DNA of 64,000 nucleotides from Anthoceros angustus (taxonomy: Eukaryota > Plantae > Anthocerotophyta): the NCBI GenBank assembly GCA_010909165.1, contig MU008161.1, positions 1,426,001 through 1,490,000 on the forward strand, read 5' to 3'. Positions 1-12,694 of the stretch are shown piece after piece (position 1 is the stretch's first letter; every line of letters begins with the position of its first letter). The notes under the pieces were generated by a model, which had not been told where the DNA came from, made no database searches, and saw only the letters and a list, made by a program, of their open reading frames with translations. The position numbers and the translations under genes were made by a program.

Positions 1-1882
1 TGGGGATGAGCTTGTGACAGAACCATGTTCTCTTCTATTATGTTAAGAACAAGGCAACAGTAATACCTGCAGTTCCTGCCCCAGGAGGATCGATAATCGA
101 CCAATGCCCATCCTCCACCACTGTCACCACATGCTTAAGAGGAGAAGATCAGCAACGAATTTCTACAAGGCATATGCATTCTCCTGTTTGAAAAAGACCC
201 AATGGCCTGCAGGACCTGATGCTCTGGATTCCTTACCGATTTCCTTCAGTAACACCGCACCTGGAACTGATGGAGGTCGATCAAAGACGCCAGGTACGTT
301 GGTCTTCAAACATGTTAGGGGTGGGCAGTTCAATAGAGATGAAAAACTTGCAGCACGGCTCTCTCTCTATACAGGGTTGTGATAAATAACCCATCTCATG
401 TACAGAACTGGAAGGATACGAGGAATACCACATAGCTGGGTTTCAAACTCAGTGCCAAATGACGAACAACGATGTCACCACTAAGAATTCGGCAGCCCTG
501 AGCAAGGGAATGGGCATGTGTGGCTGAGTAAGCTGCAGATAACATAAGAAACATGCATACGAGCCTCACCTGACTGCTGTCCAATACTGCATCTCCATGC
601 AAAATCTGTACCACATTCAGGATCTGTTCAGTGAATGGCAAGCCTGTGTGAACGGGAAGTAAGAAGCATGCCATGTCAAGGGGCTGCTACCGGCAAAAGG
701 CCTGCGTCGAGGGCTCGCTTGACAGCAGCTGTGTTTTCCTGTTCAACCTGCAATCAGGACTAAGACTTTAAGGTAGTTAAGCCAATACTACGCAACGGGT
801 GATCAACCTGGCTTATGATGACTCCTGAAACCAGGGGACGTCCTACTTCAGACAGCTGAGTACAATGGCAACAACAAGCATACCAAACTATACAAGCATT
901 TCAGATAGTGCCACGTATTACTTCTCCAGCAGCAGTTGACCAGCCGCCAGAGAATGGAGAGAGACTGACAGCTGGAATACCCTCTGCAACAAACAAGTTG
1001 TCAATGGACTAGCAGCAAGAAGGCCAGCTAAGACATTTTCTGTTGCAATGTGCATCAAGTCTTTCAAATAATGCTTTGTTTTCAAGAGCACACCTGTGGC
1101 AAATGCCCTAACGACTTGATGGTTAAGGGTTGTCACCTACATTCACAGAACAGTGCAGCATACATAAGAGCAACGCAGCATACAGAATTGTAAGCAATGA
1201 CTTCGATGCGGCATGAAAATACAAAGGACTACTGTAGGCACTTACAGATATTCTTGTGGCCACAAAACCTGCTTTGACAAATGGGGCTTCAAGATTACCC
1301 AAATTGACTTTAGCTCTGCTAGCTTGGAAGTGACCGAAAGAGCCTGAGACACCCATTTTTCTGCTCAGAGTTCTGAAGAGAAACTCAGACTAGCCCAAGC
1401 GGCAAAACGTCACCAACCTGCACCGTGGACCAGAACAAACTTGGCCATATCCAGTGGAAGGTCCCAAGATTCCACATCAGGCAGCCCAGCATTTTCTGAC
1501 CCACTTCTCCTGCTCCAGTCCATGCTGAGCTTCTTTTCGTTGGAAAAGCCGATGGCATTACATATCTGCTTTGCTGTACAGGAGAGGACGGCCCCATTTA
1601 TGGTCTCTAGCTCACCTTTCTCCGTAACAGCAGCTCCCCCTGCAGTGTTATCAGAAGCTTGGTTGTCAATCATACTCTTGCGAATGGACGCAACTGGCTA
1701 GCCCAGGTGCCAACTCCCGTGGTGGCTTGACATGACATCCGTCAGGAGCGGAATACAAAGTTGTTGTTCTTCCCCTACATCTAGAGATAACAAAATGAAT
1801 ATCCCCCCAGACCCAACGACGTACCTAGCTTCACGATGCACCGAACAGGGATGTCACCCGCCTTGACAAGATCAGGCGCCAT
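1..1882 (-). CDS. IPK: Isopentenyl phosphate kinase (amino-acid kinase family), multi-exon, 3' end runs off the window
   Basis: Spliced translation MAPDLVKAGDIPVRCIVKLG|GAAVTEKGELETIN...FVLVHGAG|SFGHFQASRAKV...GFVATRISV...LHGDAVLDSSQ|GCRILSGDIVVRHLA...VPGVFDRPP. The KLGG, HGAGSFGH and HGD motifs are typical of IPK. GT-AG introns; ATG at 1880-1882. Confidence 0.9.
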
Positions 1883-2222
1883 TGACAGACAGATTAACTC
1901 CGCAAGTAAGCAGTTCCGCTCCAGAATTATATATTACCACACTGGTTCACGTAAGTATGACATGGCGCTATGATACGCTGCCAACTCGATGCTTGCAGCG
2001 CACGCTCTCTCAGACGCTGAGTTCGGAAGAGGAAACACCGGGCATTCTCCTTCAGCGTTTGCGGTCTGTAGGCTCGTTGAGCAGATTCTGCTCTGTGAAC
2101 CTGGGAAGCAGAGTCGTGTAGAAACAGGACCACCCAGACAAGCTGGAGGCCCTGCAGTCGATTGTGCAACACAGTGTTGAGTGAAAAGGATTATCTGGCA
2201 ATTCGGTGCTTGTAGTGAAAAT

Positions 2223-4056
2223 ATGGCAGTTGCTAGTGCTGTCCAGCGTGTGACCCACACTTCTCTTGTGCCGGGACTGTTGCAATTTAATCAGGATGCT
2301 GGCTCAGGGAATATGTACAAAATTGTATGCTGGAAAAATTCTTCAAACGGTAAGCGACACACTACAAGGGCTGCTGTTGCGAGGGAGGCATTATGGAGGA
2401 ATGCATTTGCAGGATCTCCAAGTGGCCTCCGACTGAATTCAGGCCCACTCAGAACCAGCACTGGTACTTTCTCTTTAGAAGAGAGTTTCATTCTCTCAAT
2501 TTAAGCTCACTTGATCATGTGAGGCTTTATGTAGGTTTTGAGAATACACTACTACAAAGCTCACACACCATTGACATACCTTCCTGTAACTTAGTAGTGA
2601 TGAGTGTCGGCAGGAAGTTGGCAGAATGTTATCCAGAGTCTTCAGTACGTAGACATGAGGAAAGGAGGAGCCATGGCCGCAGAGATGAACATCTTCTCAA
2701 GAATTTCACGGATAATCAGAGTAAGATGCTCCAACATTACGGCCACTCGACCTTGTCCTTACTTCCAAATGTGGCATTTGCCTTAATCTAAGCTGTCTTT
2801 GCTGCAGAGCTTTGTGGAAACTCTGCTGGGATCGGGTGAGGATCCAGAGAGGATAATTGAACAAGCTGTCGAGGAGATGACAGCAGATGTCCTAAAGTTC
2901 AAGCAGACAACTGCACTTGTGAGTACCAGGGAGAGCTGATTCAGCAGCTCCTAACATTCTTCTTTGTGACAATATAGACGACTGAGAACATATGGTGCAG
3001 GTGGTGGCATCCCAGAAGACGGCGGAGAGGAAGTACAAAGATGCTGCGGAAGCTAGTAGTTTATGGTAATTGAACTGCATTCAGAATCTTCTCCTGAAGA
3101 GCACTTGGAACAACTGGTCGGCATTTCGAACAACTTGTGACTGCATACGTTGACATTGGTTAAGCATATCCAGGTACAAGCGTGCTGCAAGAGCACTAGA
3201 GGCAGGAGAGGAAGACTTGGCAAAGGAGGCTCTTCGAAGAAGAAAGACCTGTGAGGTGGGATAGTTTGGCCTCAGTGGTGTCTAGGACTCCATTATGACT
3301 CTTCCTCCATGCGATTTAACGAAGAAGATTTGCATCACAAAAACAGGAGAACGTCAGAGTTTTGAAATCTCAGTTGGACCAACAAACTGCGGTCCTTGAC
3401 AAGATGATGACCAGTACAAGGGCGTTGGAGAGGAAGATATCGGAGGCAAGAAGTAAGAAGGACCTTTTGAAATCCAGGGCTCAAACAGCAAAGACTTCAA
3501 AGTATGTAGCTGAGGTACTGGGTTCAGTTGAGACTCGGAGTGCTATGGCGGCATATCTTCAGATGGAGGAAAAAGGTGTGTCCTTTGCAGAGAACCGATT
3601 TCTCGTCTCCATATATGGTGATATTAGAAATTCAATTGCAGCCATGTACTTGCAGTTGAGAAGCTGGAGGCAGAAGCTGCAGCTACTACACAGTTGGGAA
3701 TAGACGACCTTTCCACAAAGGTATTTTGGATGCAGCAAAATGTTTTGAACTTGGCCTCGTCAGGCATCGAGGTAACGTTATGTGCTGCCACTACCTGCAG
3801 TTTGACAAGCTGGAAGAAGACGTTAATGTTAACGACGATCTGGACTCCCTTAAACGAGAAATCCTCTCAAGGCCAAGGTTCCAGGTGATTTCTGCAGATC
3901 AGATCCCGACGGTTTATGTTTTCCACCGGAATCTCGACATGTTATGCATAATATTAGGAGATCTCACTGGCATAAAATGCTTGGTGGCAGTGGCAGGAGG
4001 CAGAGAAGCTCGGTCCCTGGGAGCGTGATTTTGAGAGATCATCAGGAGGCTTCTAA
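2223..4056 (+). CDS. VIPP1/IM30/PspA-family plastid membrane-remodelling protein (divergent paralog) with transit-peptide-like N-terminus
   Basis: Exons give MNIFSRISRIIR|...EDPERIIEQAVEEM...YKRAARALEAGEEDLAKEALRRRK...LERKISEARSKKDLLKSRAQTAKTS...QMEEK|VEKLEAEA...FDKLEEDVNVNDDLDSLKRE, matching the VIPP1 helical architecture. Start and last exon (WQEAEKLGPWERDFERSSGGF*) inferred from splice sites. Confidence 0.85.
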
Positions 4057-4403
4057 GATGTACTGTATAATCCGCTCCGTTGGGACATCAATAATTTCCG
4101 CTGAAACCCTGAACTACTTATCGACCAGCTCAAGCTTGTTGTAGTGATGTACCACAACCTATTGCTCGACGCAAAACCTTTCTGGGATGACAAAATTGCT
4201 GTTAACTCTCGTCATCAAGCTTCTACCTCCTAGGGTCATTACAGACCATTCCCTGGTCCCTATTGGTTGTCGTCTTCAGGGGCTCATCATCTCAGTCCTC
4301 TTTCTTGATGGCAGCTATGAAGGATAAGATACCGATGTACATTTCTACGACAGACAGCAATCAAGGTCACAGCTGAGATAAAAGGTCTTTCAGATCGGCT
4401 GAC

Positions 4404-5493
4404 CTAACTGCCTGTCTGAACTCTTTCACGGAAAACCACCAGGAGCGCAAACGCAGTGTATATGAGAGCACATGCGTAAGCCACAAGGGATCTATGTTCA
4501 TCTGCGTGTGGTACAAGCACAACTAGCAAACTAGTGCAGGCTCTTGTGCACCACAAGACTGCAATAGCAGCCAACACACCCCTTACTGCCCTGAAATGCC
4601 AGGCACCAGAAGATTACATCAGCAAGAGTCCAAGAAACCGACAGATACAGAATTCTGAAGCACTCGTTAGCACGAAGCCGCAAGCTTACCCGACAGGAAG
4701 AAAGATTGCCAAGGCCGAATACACCACCATCGGCACAAGACAGTAACCAATCAGGCTGAAGCAGCGGTGAAAATCCAAACTACCATTCCTCCCAGCCAAC
4801 ATGTTGAAGACTACGTAGAGAAACATAGCTCCCATCGTGCTCCAGCCAATGATCACCCCCATGTGGAATTTTTGAGCAAGAAATTGGAAAAATCCGAAGA
4901 GACACAAGAAAATAAAGGGCCCGGAGAGATCAGCCTCCTCGTGCAGATCGGCATTCACCCGCAAAGGGTTCAGGACTGCCAGTGTTCTTCTAAATATCTG
5001 AGGAATGTCAATCCCAAGCTCTGCCAAAACAGGTCACACGGTGTGAGCTCCCAGAGTTTATAAGCAAAATCCCTACTCTTCACCATCACCTCCCACACGA
5101 CAGCATCAGCAGTCTTGCGAAACAAGGAAATCCCAATCACACCGTGAGAAGCAAAGCGAGAAAGGCACCTTCGAGAAGCGGAGGTTCGTCATCAAAATCA
5201 TTGTATCCCGGTGCTCCATAGGCAACCCTAGGAGGCAGCATACTGCCGGAGGTGGACGACGAGCTCAGATCGAAGGGAAGAAACTGCAATCCTGAGCTAG
5301 GGCCGGGGCCGGGGCCTAGCCCCGATCCAGGGCCCAGGCCTGGTCCTCCTCTCATATTCGGAGGCGGTGGCGGTTGTCGGAATGGAGGCTGGCTTTGATA
5401 ACCTGGTTGCACACCGTACCCCCGTCTGTGCGTTGGCATTGACATCCCAGGAGCTGCATCAAATGAGAGGGCGATATCATCGTTAGGCCCCAT
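4404..5493 (-). CDS. Yip1-domain Golgi/ER membrane protein (YIP1/YIPF5-like)
   Basis: Pro/Gly-rich N-terminus, then FDDEPPLLE|ELGIDIPQI...DLSGP...SLIGYCLVPMV...LVAYACALIYTAFALLVVF. EPPLLEELGI and DLxGP are Yip1 hallmarks. Exact stop is approximate. Confidence 0.9.
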
Positions 5494-6228
5494 CCTCTCA
5501 AGCTCCTCTAACTGCTTGTTCCCCTACCAGCTGCCCAAGTTCACAGCTGCTTGTGCTTCAGCTCCGACCTCGGATCGCCTCGGTCCCGTCTAAAGCAACG
5601 ATTCCGGAGCCGACACCTTCCACCCGTTTCACGCTCCACATACGAAGCTATAGCTGGTGTACAATTTCCCTCCCTGGTGCTTGCTTTCTCAGGCATCCTC
5701 CCAGGCCATCGCTTGTACCTTCACAGCTGTCCATCAATACTACTGCCTGCTCCAGGTCCTGCTACACGGGCCGGGCCACCTGGAAGGGGCGGACTACCCG
5801 GGTAACGTAAACCCGATAACCAGAGTCATGACCCTCGACTCCCGACTTGCGTTGATCTTTGTGGGGTTTATTACAAAACAAAATGCAAACCTACAGAAAC
5901 ACAGAAACGAGACCGAGAGGTAAAGCCCACTTGCGGTAGGCACGTTCTCAACACGGTCTCGGAGACCCGGAAAGCATATCCTTCATCGGCAGGCACGCGT
6001 GCTCTCCCGCTCCCTTTGCCGCCTCGCCTCGCCCCCGCTAGATCGCCTCGCATCTGCGCTGTCGGCGTCTCAGATATCCAGCTGATTCCACTCAGGAGCT
6101 TTGTGGCTGATTGCTGACTTTTCTTTGCCTGGAACGTTACCTAAGGAGTGTGAATTTGGTGTAAGTCTCAAGTGCAATGCCCGGATCCATGGCTCTCTTG
6201 TTGTGAAGCTTTGGAAGGGCCTGTAGTG

Positions 6229-7818
6229 ATGTGGTCCAGCTTGGATCCCTGTGGCAGGATGGCGCTGATGTCAGGGCAGAACTGTTCCGTGGAACAGTCG
6301 GTTGTGATGGAAGCCGTGCAGAAATGCCCTTTCTTGAGGAATATCGAGAAGCCGACCGCCTTTGGGCTGGCATCGTTCAAGACTCCTGCACCTGTAAGTT
6401 GCTTGGGTGTTGTTTGTTGCCCGGTCATGGGGTGACGGAACTTGTGACTTATTTGAAGGGGTTGCTACGCATGTTTCGTGAACGCAGACTTTGTTGCGGG
6501 GTCCAATTTTTGAGGATGGACCGTCATTCGATGCGATGTTCAGAATTTTTCATGGACGCGGGGGAGTGGTTCCGTTGACAGATGCAGGTTCTGCGGAAGG
6601 TAGACGCTCTCATGAGCCCTCCGACGTGCCGTCTGCAGTCTCTGTCAGGTATCATCCCTTGGCCTCGTCTGCAGCGTCGATCAGCCTCTCAGCGTTTGGA
6701 GGTGGAGGGCCCTTCAGCTTTGACGCCTTTATGGGGAAAGGCAAGGCTAAGAATTTGAAGCAGAAGCAGCCTTCAGAGAAGAAGCCAGCTGATTCCGAAC
6801 GCTCTTCGAATGTGAGGCTCTCCGACTATACGAGTGTTGTGTGTTGCTGACAACCTTTTGTTTGTCACTGAGAACGGGGTGTGGGTATATGCAGGCGGCT
6901 CAACCACATGAAGCTCTTGGTAGTGAATGGCTGGCCTCTGGTAATTGTCCCATTGCCAAGTCATATCGTGCCGTCAGTGGGGTGCTGCCGCTTGTGGCAA
7001 AGATGCTGCAACCTCCCGCAGGGTTCAAGTATAAGTGTCCCCCTGCGATTGTTGCTGCCCGAGCTGCATTAGCAAGGACGCCAGCGGTGAAGTCTTTAAG
7101 GCCTCAAGCACTTCCAACGAAGGTACTTGCAATCGGCGCTTTGGGAATGGCAGTCAATATACCGCTAGGTGTTTGGAGGGAACATACGCAGAAGTTTTCA
7201 CCTTCTTGGTTTGTAGCGGTTCATGCTTCCGTCCCTTTCGTTGCTATGTTGAGAAAGGCTGTCATTATGCCAAAATATGCAATGATCTTCACAATTGCAT
7301 CAGCAATTTTAGGACAGGTTATTGGATCTCGAGCAGAAAGGATTCGTATTGCTGCACAGAAGGTCACTATGCAAGGTTCTATTGAGGTTTCGAATGTCCA
7401 GTCAGCTCTTGGCACTACTGTGGCAGGGACAGCATTTTCCGCCACTTTATCCACACATCAGGAGCCATCTATTTCAGCTGCCGGGGCAGAGCTGGTTCAG
7501 TCACCTCCAGCTGCTTTCACCGGTGGTCATGGACTGTTCTCTGATAGGCAGCTGGTGGCAGTCGAGCAGTGGGTAAAGGCTGGCGAGATTGTAATGCCCC
7601 AAGCTGTTAGCGAGGGACTTGAGTTGTCCAAATCAGCAGGTCAACACGGTGGTGGTGTTGAAGATGTTGGAACAGATTACAGACCGGGTGTGAATGGGAG
7701 GGGACAGGAACCCAACAGGCAGCTAGTCCTTCAGCCTTCTCACACATGCGGTCAGGAAGCTTGGGCTGTGCACAGTCGTTCGTGCATAGAACCTCCTGCT
7801 GGATCAGCTATATATTGA
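6229..7818 (+). CDS. Conserved plant protein of the NHR2A/NHR2B (At5g45410/At4g25030)-like family
   Basis: KCPFLRNI...GPIFEDGPSFDAMFRIFHG...HEALGSEWLASGNCPIAKSYRAVSGVLPLVAK...KCPPAIVAARAAL...PLGVWREHTQKFSPSWFVAVHASVPF. Three coding exons; start codon uncertain among several in-frame ATGs. Confidence 0.8.
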
Positions 7819-9790
7819 CCCTTCTGCAGAAGACGTCAGTTGTGGATTCGGCCATTTTCGTTGTCATATTCCCTGCAAACTGCTTGGTGTTTGGCCCCCT
7901 CATTGCAGGATGGATAGGACATCTCCAGCTAGTGGCTCGTAAGAATAAGTGGAGCTGGAGCCCTGCTTTGTGGGTGCCATTTCCCAGATCGACATTCAGA
8001 TAATTTGTTGAATATTGTTGAAGCTTCCTGTCTGAGGGACAGACACCTTTTGTTTTACATACTGCACCGGGGTCCCACATTCTTGTGCCGCACCTTCTTC
8101 ATGGCCTGCCTTGCCTCGGGTATCACTCCCCTCGTCTTACAGTCTCACTTGTAACAATCCTGACTAACATTTCAAGGCACAACACTAGGTTGCTCTAAAT
8201 TTCCTTATACTACCGATACTCTTGTAGCCCTTGGATCTTCTAGACTTTTCCATTTCTCTAAAAGAAACAGTCAACCTTGTTCCTCAATTCTACTTGGCCC
8301 GAATCTTTGGCCCTTTCCTAAGTTGTGGTGTAATTCAGTTTTACTTAACCCTTTCATAAATTTCTTTAATTTGTCATGCAATTTTCATTTACTTCTTCCT
8401 CCCCTAATCTGCCAATTTTAAATATGAGCTGGACTTCTCCCCCCTAATTTGCGGTGCAACTCAATTTTATCCATAAGCGGAATTTGAATCACCCCTCTGA
8501 GTAAAGTTGAAGTGAACACAAATAACGGAACATATGAACTTTATCTCCACTTTACTCCACAGCAAATGACCTCGAAACGTCCTACCCACAAGTGTAGTTT
8601 AGAAACGAGTGCTCAAACCGAGTTCCATCGGCCTTCAAGTTTTGTGCCCGGAGGCGCCAAACTTAAAGGCCGTCCACGGCAGACGATGTGGCGTGGACCG
8701 GGCTATAGTTAGGGTGTGGTTAGCTTGGTTTGGCCATGGCTGGAAGTTGTGAAGCCAAAGCAATCGTTTAGGCTTGTGTCTTTTATTTTTCGTATTAAAC
8801 AGCCCCCTAGTTTTTTGTGTGGTCATAGGGTAGGATGTCACGGTCCCGAAGATATGCCAAGCAACTTTTTTCATTCAGCAAATTTGGTAAACCATGGATT
8901 TTAATCCCTTGACATGAAAGGAGATTGAAAGAAGTGCATGCTCCAGTGTGGTATGTACTCATCCAAATGGGTAGTGGGAAGGTGTGTTGAAAAGGTCTTG
9001 TGCAGGTCTATGAGCCTTAAGTTTTTTGAAGAAAAAAATTGTAACAATGAAAACTAAAGAAAACTGCATTGCTGCAAACAAGCCATTTTCAGCCTAGTCC
9101 TTATGAGGTTAAAGTTCTAGTCTGTAAGAGCTCGGGTTCAAATCACATTGTCAATAATCATGTGGTGCGTCTACGCGCTTATCGTGGCCATTGGCAAACA
9201 ATTTCCAACACAATATTTTTTTTCCCCATGATGATTCCAAATATGGCTCACTTGTTTTGCTTGTTGTAGCCATTGGCAAACAATTTGTTTCATGTATGCA
9301 CTTCGCAGTATAAAACAAGTAAGCCATACTTGGAATCATCATGTTATAAACATCATGCCCTCCCCAAAGGAGTTATTGCCATGCGGGATTACTTAATATC
9401 AGAATTTGAGTGCGGGACTTCGATCTATACTTTGAAATATCTAGAAAGTCTCCAAATTCACTAAAGAAAAAGTATTTATTCTTCATTGCCTAACCTATTC
9501 TAAGACGTATAGAAAGTAATTAGTCATATTTCTATTTTAAAATTATTATAATTAATAACTCATTTCCTAGCTTGGTACACACAATTTCTAAGAGTCAGGG
9601 ACCTATGTAAAGTCTTGTGTAATACAATTTTAAAGGGTCGAGAACCTATACAAAGTCTCAAAGCATCCCTCAATTTGTAACAGGGAGGACCTCTCTAAAG
9701 TCTCTCAAAGCATCCCTCAATTCGAGCTAGGAATAAAGATTCGCTATTATGTTACACACAATATGTTTCACATGTGTCATTTAGATACAT

Positions 9791-10098
9791 GTTTCATTGA
9801 TGTTTTTGGGTCATAATATTACAATTTTTTTAATTAAAAATACTAGGAGATAAAGTAGAGAATTTGACATAGAAGACAATCTTGTGTTGAATTAGTGTCA
9901 TATAACTTTTGTTCGAAAAGTGTCAAAAAGGTACTCAAAAACTCGTTTCATTGATGTTTTTGGGTCATAATATTACAATTTTTTTAATTAAAAATACTAG
10001 GAGATAGAGTAGAGAATTTGACATAGAAGACAATCTTGTGTTGAATTAGTGTCATATAACTTTTGTTCGAAAAGTGTCAAAAAGGTACTCAAAAACTC
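9791..10098. repeat. Near-perfect tandem duplication, 2 x 154 bp, AT-rich
   Basis: GTTTCATTGATGTTTTTGGGTCATAATATTAC...GGTACTCAAAAACTC starts at 9791 and again at 9945; one substitution seen. Confidence 0.95.
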
Positions 10099-10481
10099 GT
10101 TTTGAGTGGCATTGTCCTTCTGGGGTTAAGCCATAGTCCTACTCTGCCATATCGACTTGGTTTAGTATGATATATGTTTGATGAAACTTTCCTTATGCAT
10201 GTTATATTCTGGTTGTTCTAAGCCCTTTTTGATTTCTCTAGAAGAAGCTCAAACTTTTCTTAAATCTACTTTAAACCTCAATCTAACTTTATTAGACCCT
10301 TTTATATTTAGTAGCCTATTTCAATTACTCAATCGTTTCCTAAATTTATAATGCAACTCAATTCTATTTCTCCCTTTTCTAACATGCAATCCAGCTCAAT
10401 TTTATCTATTGACGGAAACCGCTTCACTCTAGCACTTGAACATAAAGATAAGTTTAATGCTAGCTATTTTTTTAATGCAGT

Positions 10482-10682
10482 AAATACCTAGTTATTTTGT
10501 TAATCCTTCTGTGGAATTATTTAATAATATTATTTAATAACAATGACTTCAATATAATGGAAAGGAAATCAAGGAAGCTGTTGGTGGATGCAAATACCTA
10601 GTTATTTCGTTAATGCTTCTGCGGAATTATTTAATAACAATGAGGTAAATCTAATGGAAAGGAAAACGAGGAAGCTGTTGGT
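10482..10682. repeat. Diverged tandem duplication (~100 bp x2) upstream of ECHIDNA
   Basis: AAATACCTAGTTATTT...GGAATTATTTAATAA...TAATGGAAAGGAAA...GGAAGCTGTTGGT occurs twice in succession. Confidence 0.75.
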
Positions 10683-10815
10683 CGATTGTTCGACGTCCGT
10701 GATATGCAAACGGAAATTGCGACGACAGCCATTTTAGGTCTGGTTTTCTGTGCTGAATGTTGTGGCCAGGATCGTGGACTGCAGAGCAGACAAGCTGTAA
10801 CTGGGATTCCATGAG

Positions 10816-12117
10816 ATGGTGAGCACGAGGGCGTTCGCTTTCCCTACTAGCTTAGGGAATGCGTGCAAGAATTAGGCTGAGTGGAAAGTGGACAGGTTGA
10901 GAGAGGGCAAGGGTTGTCAGTAGGGAGGCATCGAAGATCTGGACGAGAGATAGCTCGATTTTCGTGGTTTCACTCATTTCAACTGCCTGCAGCTTGTGCA
11001 ATCCGGTCTAGGGGTTGCAATTCGGCTGGATCTGACCTTTAACAGCTGGCTGGGAACTTTTGGAACAGGCGGATGTGGTGCAACCCCTCTCTCCTTCTGG
11101 ACCGGTGACGGAATCTTATGCTCATCCTGGAGTCGCGTTCTTTCACACCATCTTCAAAGTACTGAGATTTGATCCCTATTAACGGATTAGCCACATTGAA
11201 ATTTTTCTGGCATCAGGCTTTTGTCCTGTTTGATCTGCGGATGCAACGTGGGGAAGCAGGAGCTCATTTTGACACTTGGAAGCTAGAGACGAGCTCAGTG
11301 TTGACTGTTTTTCGTTCAGCACGAATTCTCTGGCATCTCAGTGATAGGTCCGTTTGTTGTTGTCTACAGGGAGCAGCTCTGGCATGGTACCTCCTGTGTG
11401 GATGGCTTGTAGGGAGTTTTGTTCTTCAGTTTGTGATCACGGTGCTGCTATTGGCTTTGGACTTTTGGACCGTGAAGAATGTGAGTGGAAGGATACTAGT
11501 GGGGCTTCGTTGGTGGAACGAGACTAATGAGAATGGGGAAAGCATTTGGAAGTTTGAATCGCTGGATAAGAAGGTTTGTTCTACTGATGTTACTCTACGT
11601 CATGATGTAATTTTGTCCACAGAAACACTCACTGCACACTGTGACGATCCTTTTGCAGACACTAGATGCGATGAATAAGAAGGATACTTGGCTCTTTTGG
11701 TGGTCTCTTTATGTCACTGTAAGCTTTGATACGCTCATCTCCTTGGATGCACCACTCTTAGTGTCTTGCAGGTTACACTTCATTGTGCTTACTTGATATC
11801 TGTGTGTGCAGCCGGCCTTGTGGTTGGCACTTGGTGTCGTGGCTATCATTAAGCTGGAGTTTGATTACTTGCTGATTGTCGCCATTGCTCTAATTCTTGG
11901 TGGCGCCAACATTATTGGTTTCACAAAATGCCGAAAGGGTATGAGCCCTACACCTTGTCGTGCGTGCTCTCGATATATTCAACCTGATGCGTTGAGAAAT
12001 GTTTTGTTTCCCATTGCAGATGCAAAGAACCAGTTTCAGAAGATGGCAGGTCAGGCTGGGGCCATGTACATGGCGTCTAATGCCTTTTCTAGCTTGAGGT
12101 CTGCTATCGGTGGATGA
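10816..12117 (+). CDS. ECH: Golgi/TGN membrane protein TVP23/ECHIDNA
   Basis: [14 protein letters not shown]|GAALAWY...[25 protein letters not shown]...WKFES...FWWSLY...[12 protein letters not shown]|DAKNQFQ. The first coding exon appears to be only the ATG (10816-10818, followed by GTGAG), spliced in frame to ADVVQPLSP. Confidence 0.92.
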
Positions 12118-12694
12118 CGGATTAGAGTACTCGCTTGTTAAGCGCAGCTGAAAATCATGCCGTGGCTGTAGCCATAACACTCTTACGAGGTGGGCAGTGT
12201 CATAAACTACCGTGCCGATGCTGAGCCCTGGGCTCACGAAAGTGCTTCTCATTGAGCTGCGAACCTGAAGTAGGGGTTGGATAGCTTGATGTACATAAGA
12301 CGAGCCTGATATTCCTGTCCAGCAATTGGCATCCTATTCGCATGCCCTTTCCAGGAGCACCGGTATGTTAGGAGGAGTTGCGTATTGCTCTAGGAGATTT
12401 TGGCAAAAGACAGTCCGTAACTGGATGTGTGTGAATGATGGAGTGAACCAGTGTCTTCTGCTGACCGTTTTCTCAAGTTCTATGAAGCGGGGAGCCTGTG
12501 ACTGCAAGGACAGTTGGTGCAACAGTAGTGGAGAAGAAACTAACGAACCGATGAACAAGTTTTGCACTGCCAGAACCAGGTAACGACCGTGTGCAAACGG
12601 TTTCCGTGTATTTCTGCTCAGATCAGCAGCTTCGAAGGTGGCCACTGGTTTGGGTGGGACTGGTTAGCGTGTGAAAGTCACGTTGAAGCTCATG

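Noticed and set aside
9090-9150. GGTTCAAATC B-box-like motif suggesting a tRNA gene (similar motif near 36020)
   Set aside because: No cloverleaf or acceptor stem can be drawn; at most a decayed SINE head.
8190-10430. Degenerate direct similarity between ~8200-8490 and ~10190-10430 as possible LTR pair
   Set aside because: Similarity is patchy, with no TG...CA ends, PBS, PPT or internal retroelement coding.
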